Source of the DNA: Candidatus Eiseniibacteriota bacterium
GTDB taxonomy: Bacteria; Eisenbacteria; RBG-16-71-46
Reading direction: 5' to 3'
Length of the DNA: 64,000 bases
Assembly (NCBI GenBank): GCA_963725865.1
Contig: CAVSAC010000014.1
Coordinates: forward strand, 1,376,001 to 1,440,000
The translations under genes and the position numbers were made by a program. The notes beneath the pieces are model-generated. The model was not told where the DNA came from. It ran no database searches and saw nothing but the letters and a program-made list of their open reading frames with translations. Positions 60,616 through 64,000 of the stretch are shown here, in pieces. Within the stretch, counting starts at the first letter, position 1, and each line of letters begins with the position of its first letter.

Positions 60616-60904
60616 CCGCGGTGCGCCCCCGCGGCGAGCCGCCCCACGCCGTGCCCCGGCAGCGACGCGGCGGGCGTCGTCCCGCGGCGGGCCCGGTGTC
60701 CGGCGGATGAAAACTCCGCGGGATCCGCGCGGAGAGCGCTGGAATCCACCCGCGCGCGGGCGCACCATCCGCAACAGCGGCGCGCGTCGATCGTCCATTT
60801 CGATGAGGACGCACGAGGCGGGAACGGCTGGGCCAGGGACGAGTCCGGGAAGCGCGAGGGACGCCGGAAGTGCCGCGGCCGCGTCGGACGAAAGGAGTGT
60901 CGAG

Positions 60905-61471
60905 ATGAAGTGCGACAGGCGCGCGGGAAGCGCGGGGCGGAGCGTGCTGGTGCTGGCCCTGCTTGCGACATCGCTGCTGGTCGCGGCGCCGAGCCACGCC
61001 GCCGGCCACGGGGGCCGGAACGGGGTGGCGCGTGCCGCCTACCACGGCGGCGCCGGCTTCCACGGCGGCGCCGGCTTCCACGGCGCGCGAATCTACGGCG
61101 GCGGGCGCCACTGGGGCGGCGGCGGGTATCGCTACGGGCGGCCGCGCACGACGTTTCGACTCGGGATCGGACTCGGCTACGGCTTCGGCTATGGCTACTA
61201 CGGCCCGCGCCCGTACTACTACGGCGCGCCGTATCCGGTCTACGTCGAGCGGCCGGTGATCGTCGAGCGATCCGGGATCACGAACGATCCGCCGGCCGGC
61301 TACGAGTACTACGACCCCTATTGTGAGCGGCGCTTCGCGACGCTGGACCACTACCTCGATCATCTGAGGGACTTCGACCACCCGAAGAAGATCGAGGTGA
61401 TCGAGCGCGACTCCGACACGAGCGTGCACACGTACGAGTACGTGCGCGGCGACTGGCGGGTCGCGGACTGA
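60905..61471 (+). CDS. Secreted Gly/Tyr-rich protein with HGGAGF repeats
   Basis: AAAGGAG RBS, signal peptide (…APSHA), 18-bp tandem repeat at 61042-61085, PVYVERPVIVER. Confidence 0.75.
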   Translation: MKCDRRAGSAGRSVLVLALLATSLLVAAPSHAAGHGGRNGVARAAYHGGAGFHGGAGFHGARIYGGGRHWGGGGYRYGRPRTTFRLGIGLGYGFGYGYYGPRPYYYGAPYPVYVERPVIVERSGITNDPPAGYEYYDPYCERRFATLDHYLDHLRDFDHPKKIEVIERDSDTSVHTYEYVRGDWRVAD

Positions 61472-61517
61472 GACCCGGCGGAACGCCGGGCGGGCGAGGC
61501 CGCAACCTCCTCGCGAG

Positions 61518-61551
61518 CGGCCCCGGATGCGCCTGCTTCCGGGGCCGACTT
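61518..61551 (+). terminator. Probable intrinsic terminator
   Basis: CGGCCCCGGA/TCCGGGGCCG stem followed by ACTT. Confidence 0.5.
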
Positions 61552-61699
61552 CATGCGGGCCGCCGCGCGTTTCCGCACCGGCGCCCGTGCTAGACTGCGC
61601 CCGCTCGGCGCGTGCGACCGCCACGCGACGGGACCACCTCGCGTCTCGCGCCTCAGCCGTCTCGCGATCCCAGCCCTCTGACCGGAGCGCGCTCACCGC

Positions 61700-62914
61700 A
61701 TGAAGACCGACTACCGCTACATCATCATCGGCGGCGGCATCGCCGGCGCCTCGGCGATCGAAGGCATCCGCGAGCACGATCGCGACGGTGACATCCTGCT
61801 CGTCTCGCGCGAGAACAATGCGCCCTACCGGCGCCCGCCCCTGTCGAAGGACCTGTGGTTCGGCAAGACCACGGTCGACAAGATCTCCGTGCACGACGAC
61901 GCGTTCTACCCCGAGCACGGCGTGGACCTGCTGCTGCGGCGCGACATCGTGGAGCTGGACCCGGTGCAGAACCGCATCTGGGACGAGCGCGGCGCGTCGT
62001 TCCGCTACGAGCGCCTGCTGCTCGCGACCGGCGGACGCCCGCGGCTGCTCGACCTGCACGGAGAGCAGGGCGAGAACGTGCACTACTTCCGCTCGCTCGA
62101 GGACTACCTGATGCTGGCCGGCCGGCTCGACCGGGTGCAGCACGTGCTGGTGGTCGGCGGCGGCTTCATCGGCACCGAGCTGGCGGCGGCGCTCGCGCAC
62201 GCCGGCAAGGAAGTCACGCTGATGTACCGCGACGAGTACCCGATCGCGCGCGCGCTACCGCGCGAGCTGGGGCTCTCGGTCGCCGAGTACTACCGCGAGA
62301 AGGGGGTCGAGACCGTCTCGGGCCAGGGGGTGGCGGGGGTGGAGAGCGGCCAGGGGCTGATCCAGGTGCGCACGCTGAGCGGCGACCAGGTGACGACGCA
62401 GATGGTGCTGGCCGGAGTCGGCCTCGAGCCACACGACGAGCTGGCCGAGGCGGGCGGGCTCGAGGTGACGAACGGCATCGCGGTGGACGAGTACGCGCGG
62501 ACCAGCGATCCCTACATCTACGCCGCCGGCGACGTGGCCGAGTTCCCCTATCTGGCGCTCGGGGTGCGCACGCGCGTCGAGCACGAGGACCACGCCATCT
62601 TCCACGGGCGCACCGCGGGCGCGAACATGGCGGGGGCGAAGCTGGTCTACGACCGCCTGCCGATGTTCTTCGGCGACTTCTTCGACCTCGGCTTCGAGGC
62701 GGTCGGCGAGGTGGACGTGCGCCTCGACGTCCACGAGGTATGGCAGGTGCGCCACCGCGAGGGCATCGTGTTCTACCTGCGCGACGACGTCATCCGCGGC
62801 GTGCTGCTGTGGAACCGCTGGGGGCTGGTGGACTGGGCGCGCGACCTGGTGCGCCCCGGCAAGCCGACGACGCGCGAGGAGCGCGAGAAGCTGGTCGCCG
62901 ACTCGCCGAAGTGA
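61700..62914 (+). CDS. FAD/NAD(P)-dependent oxidoreductase (ferredoxin reductase/AIF-like)
   Basis: IIGGGIAG, PYRRPPLSK, LLLATGG, VGGGFIGTE, YAAGDVA, RVEH. Extended -10 TGcTAGACT at 61588-61596. Confidence 0.92.
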   Translation: MKTDYRYIIIGGGIAGASAIEGIREHDRDGDILLVSRENNAPYRRPPLSKDLWFGKTTVDKISVHDDAFYPEHGVDLLLRRDIVELDPVQNRIWDERGASFRYERLLLATGGRPRLLDLHGEQGENVHYFRSLEDYLMLAGRLDRVQHVLVVGGGFIGTELAAALAHAGKEVTLMYRDEYPIARALPRELGLSVAEYYREKGVETVSGQGVAGVESGQGLIQVRTLSGDQVTTQMVLAGVGLEPHDELAEAGGLEVTNGIAVDEYARTSDPYIYAAGDVAEFPYLALGVRTRVEHEDHAIFHGRTAGANMAGAKLVYDRLPMFFGDFFDLGFEAVGEVDVRLDVHEVWQVRHREGIVFYLRDDVIRGVLLWNRWGLVDWARDLVRPGKPTTREEREKLVADSPK

Positions 62915-62974
62915 GTGCCGCTCGCCGGTCCCGCTGAGGTCACGGCGCGTCCGCGCGATGCGCGGCGCGCCCGC

Positions 62975-63895
62975 TCACGCCCCCGCACCGCCGCGGTCCT
63001 GCGGATCGAGCGCGTCGCGCAGGCCGTCGCCGAGGAAGTTGAAGCTCATCAGCGTGAGCGAGAGCGCGGCACCCGGGAACACGACCAGCCACGGGAACAG
63101 CGACAGCACCCGCGCGCCGTCGGAGACCAGCGTGCCCCACGACGCCGCGGGCGGCTGCACGCCGAGGCCGAGGAACGAGAGGAACGCCTCCTGCAGGATG
63201 ACCGCGGGCACCGTGAGCGTGGTGTACACGATCACCGGCCCGAGCGTGTTCGGCACGATGTGGCGGAACACGATCGCGGCGTCGCCGGCCCCGAGCGCGC
63301 GCGCGGCCTCGACGAACGTCTGCGAGCGCAGCGACAACACCTGACCGCGCACGATGCGCGCCATGGTGAGCCACTGGACCAGGCCCAGCGCCACGAACAG
63401 CATGACGAGGCTGCGGCTGAAGAACACCAGCAGCAGGATCACGAGGAAGATGTAAGGCAGCGAGTAGAGCACGTCGACCACGCGCATCATCGCCTCGTCG
63501 GTGGCGCCGCCGCGATAGCCGGCGATCGCGCCCCACGTCACGCCGATCAGCAGGCTGACGAGCGTGGCGACCAGGCCCACCAGCAGCGACACCCGCCCGC
63601 CGTACACCGTGCGCGCGAACAGGTCGCGGCCCAGCTCGTCGGTGCCGAACAGGTGCGATGCCGTCGGCGGTGCGGCGCCCAGGCGCAGGTCCTGCGCCGC
63701 CGGATCGGGCATGCCCGGCAGCCACGGCGCGAGCGCCGCGGTCAGCGCGAGCCACAGCAGGAACCCCGCCGCCGCCATCGCCGCACGATTGCGCAGCATC
63801 CGCCGCCACGCGTCGCTCCACAGGCTGCGCGGCGCGCGCTCGGGCCCACGCGCGTCGGCGAGCACGCTCGGCGGGGGCGCCAGCCCGATGCTCAT
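62975..63895 (-). CDS. oppC: Oligopeptide/dipeptide ABC transporter permease
   Basis: HLFGTDELGRD, GGRVSL, FVEAARALGA, EAFLSFLGLG, SWG, NFLGDGLRDALDP. Confidence 0.93.
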   Translation of the reverse strand: MSIGLAPPPSVLADARGPERAPRSLWSDAWRRMLRNRAAMAAAGFLLWLALTAALAPWLPGMPDPAAQDLRLGAAPPTASHLFGTDELGRDLFARTVYGGRVSLLVGLVATLVSLLIGVTWGAIAGYRGGATDEAMMRVVDVLYSLPYIFLVILLLVFFSRSLVMLFVALGLVQWLTMARIVRGQVLSLRSQTFVEAARALGAGDAAIVFRHIVPNTLGPVIVYTTLTVPAVILQEAFLSFLGLGVQPPAASWGTLVSDGARVLSLFPWLVVFPGAALSLTLMSFNFLGDGLRDALDPQDRGGAGA

Positions 63896-64000
63896 CGCAG
63901 CTCCACGCGCGGGTCGAGGCGCGTGTAGGCGACGTCGACCAGCAGGTTCAGCACCAGCAGCAGCGCGGCGTAGAACAGCACCACCCCCAGCACCAGCGTG
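63892..64000 (-). CDS. oppB: Oligopeptide ABC permease, C-terminal fragment (runs off the window)
   Basis: TLVLGVVLFYAALLLVLNLLVDVAYTRLDPRVELR* with ATGA overlap onto oppC. Confidence 0.88.
   Translation of the reverse strand, partial: TLVLGVVLFYAALLLVLNLLVDVAYTRLDPRVELR

Noticed and set aside
60790..60900. Hammerhead-like GATGAG...CGAAA in the intergenic region
   Set aside because: It lacks the CUGAUGA core (it reads TCGATGA) and convincing stems, and the GAAAG is part of the RBS region.

Overview
This is very GC-rich (roughly 70-75% by eye), gene-dense DNA from a diderm bacterium, with about 55 CDSs. I see no rRNA, tRNA, CRISPR array or mobile element. The secreted proteins carry FlgD/T9SS-like and 'SWGALKxxFR' C-terminal tails, which suggests (inference only) a Ca. 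Eisenbacteria/Latescibacteria-like lineage. The content is mostly housekeeping and peptide scavenging: ypfJ, M16 and S9B peptidases, pfkA, HIT, a PLP decarboxylase, add, a transketolase-like enzyme, murB, moaA, mutY, a TetR-TolC-MFP-RND operon, type III glutamine synthetase, tag, solA, MATE and oppBC. The ORF track misses or mis-frames several features. These are an Rdx/SelW-family selenoprotein (CGQU, in-frame TGA, downstream SECIS-like hairpin) at 22627-22848(-), a TPP riboswitch heading an SSS transporter plus TonB-dependent receptor operon, a repeated -10 box 7-10 nt before ATG (leaderless-type starts), repeated operator boxes upstream of tetR, and a structured glnA leader. Five genes are broken by six small indels, most likely long-read consensus errors. 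Other oddities are a signal-peptide-bearing MEMO1 homologue, a cysteine-free DipZ-type thioredoxin next to a Cys-rich microprotein, a NERD nuclease-SF1 helicase fusion, a stand-alone B3/EcoRII-N-like protein and GT-C/TPR membrane proteins. All protein family calls come from motif recognition, not database searches.
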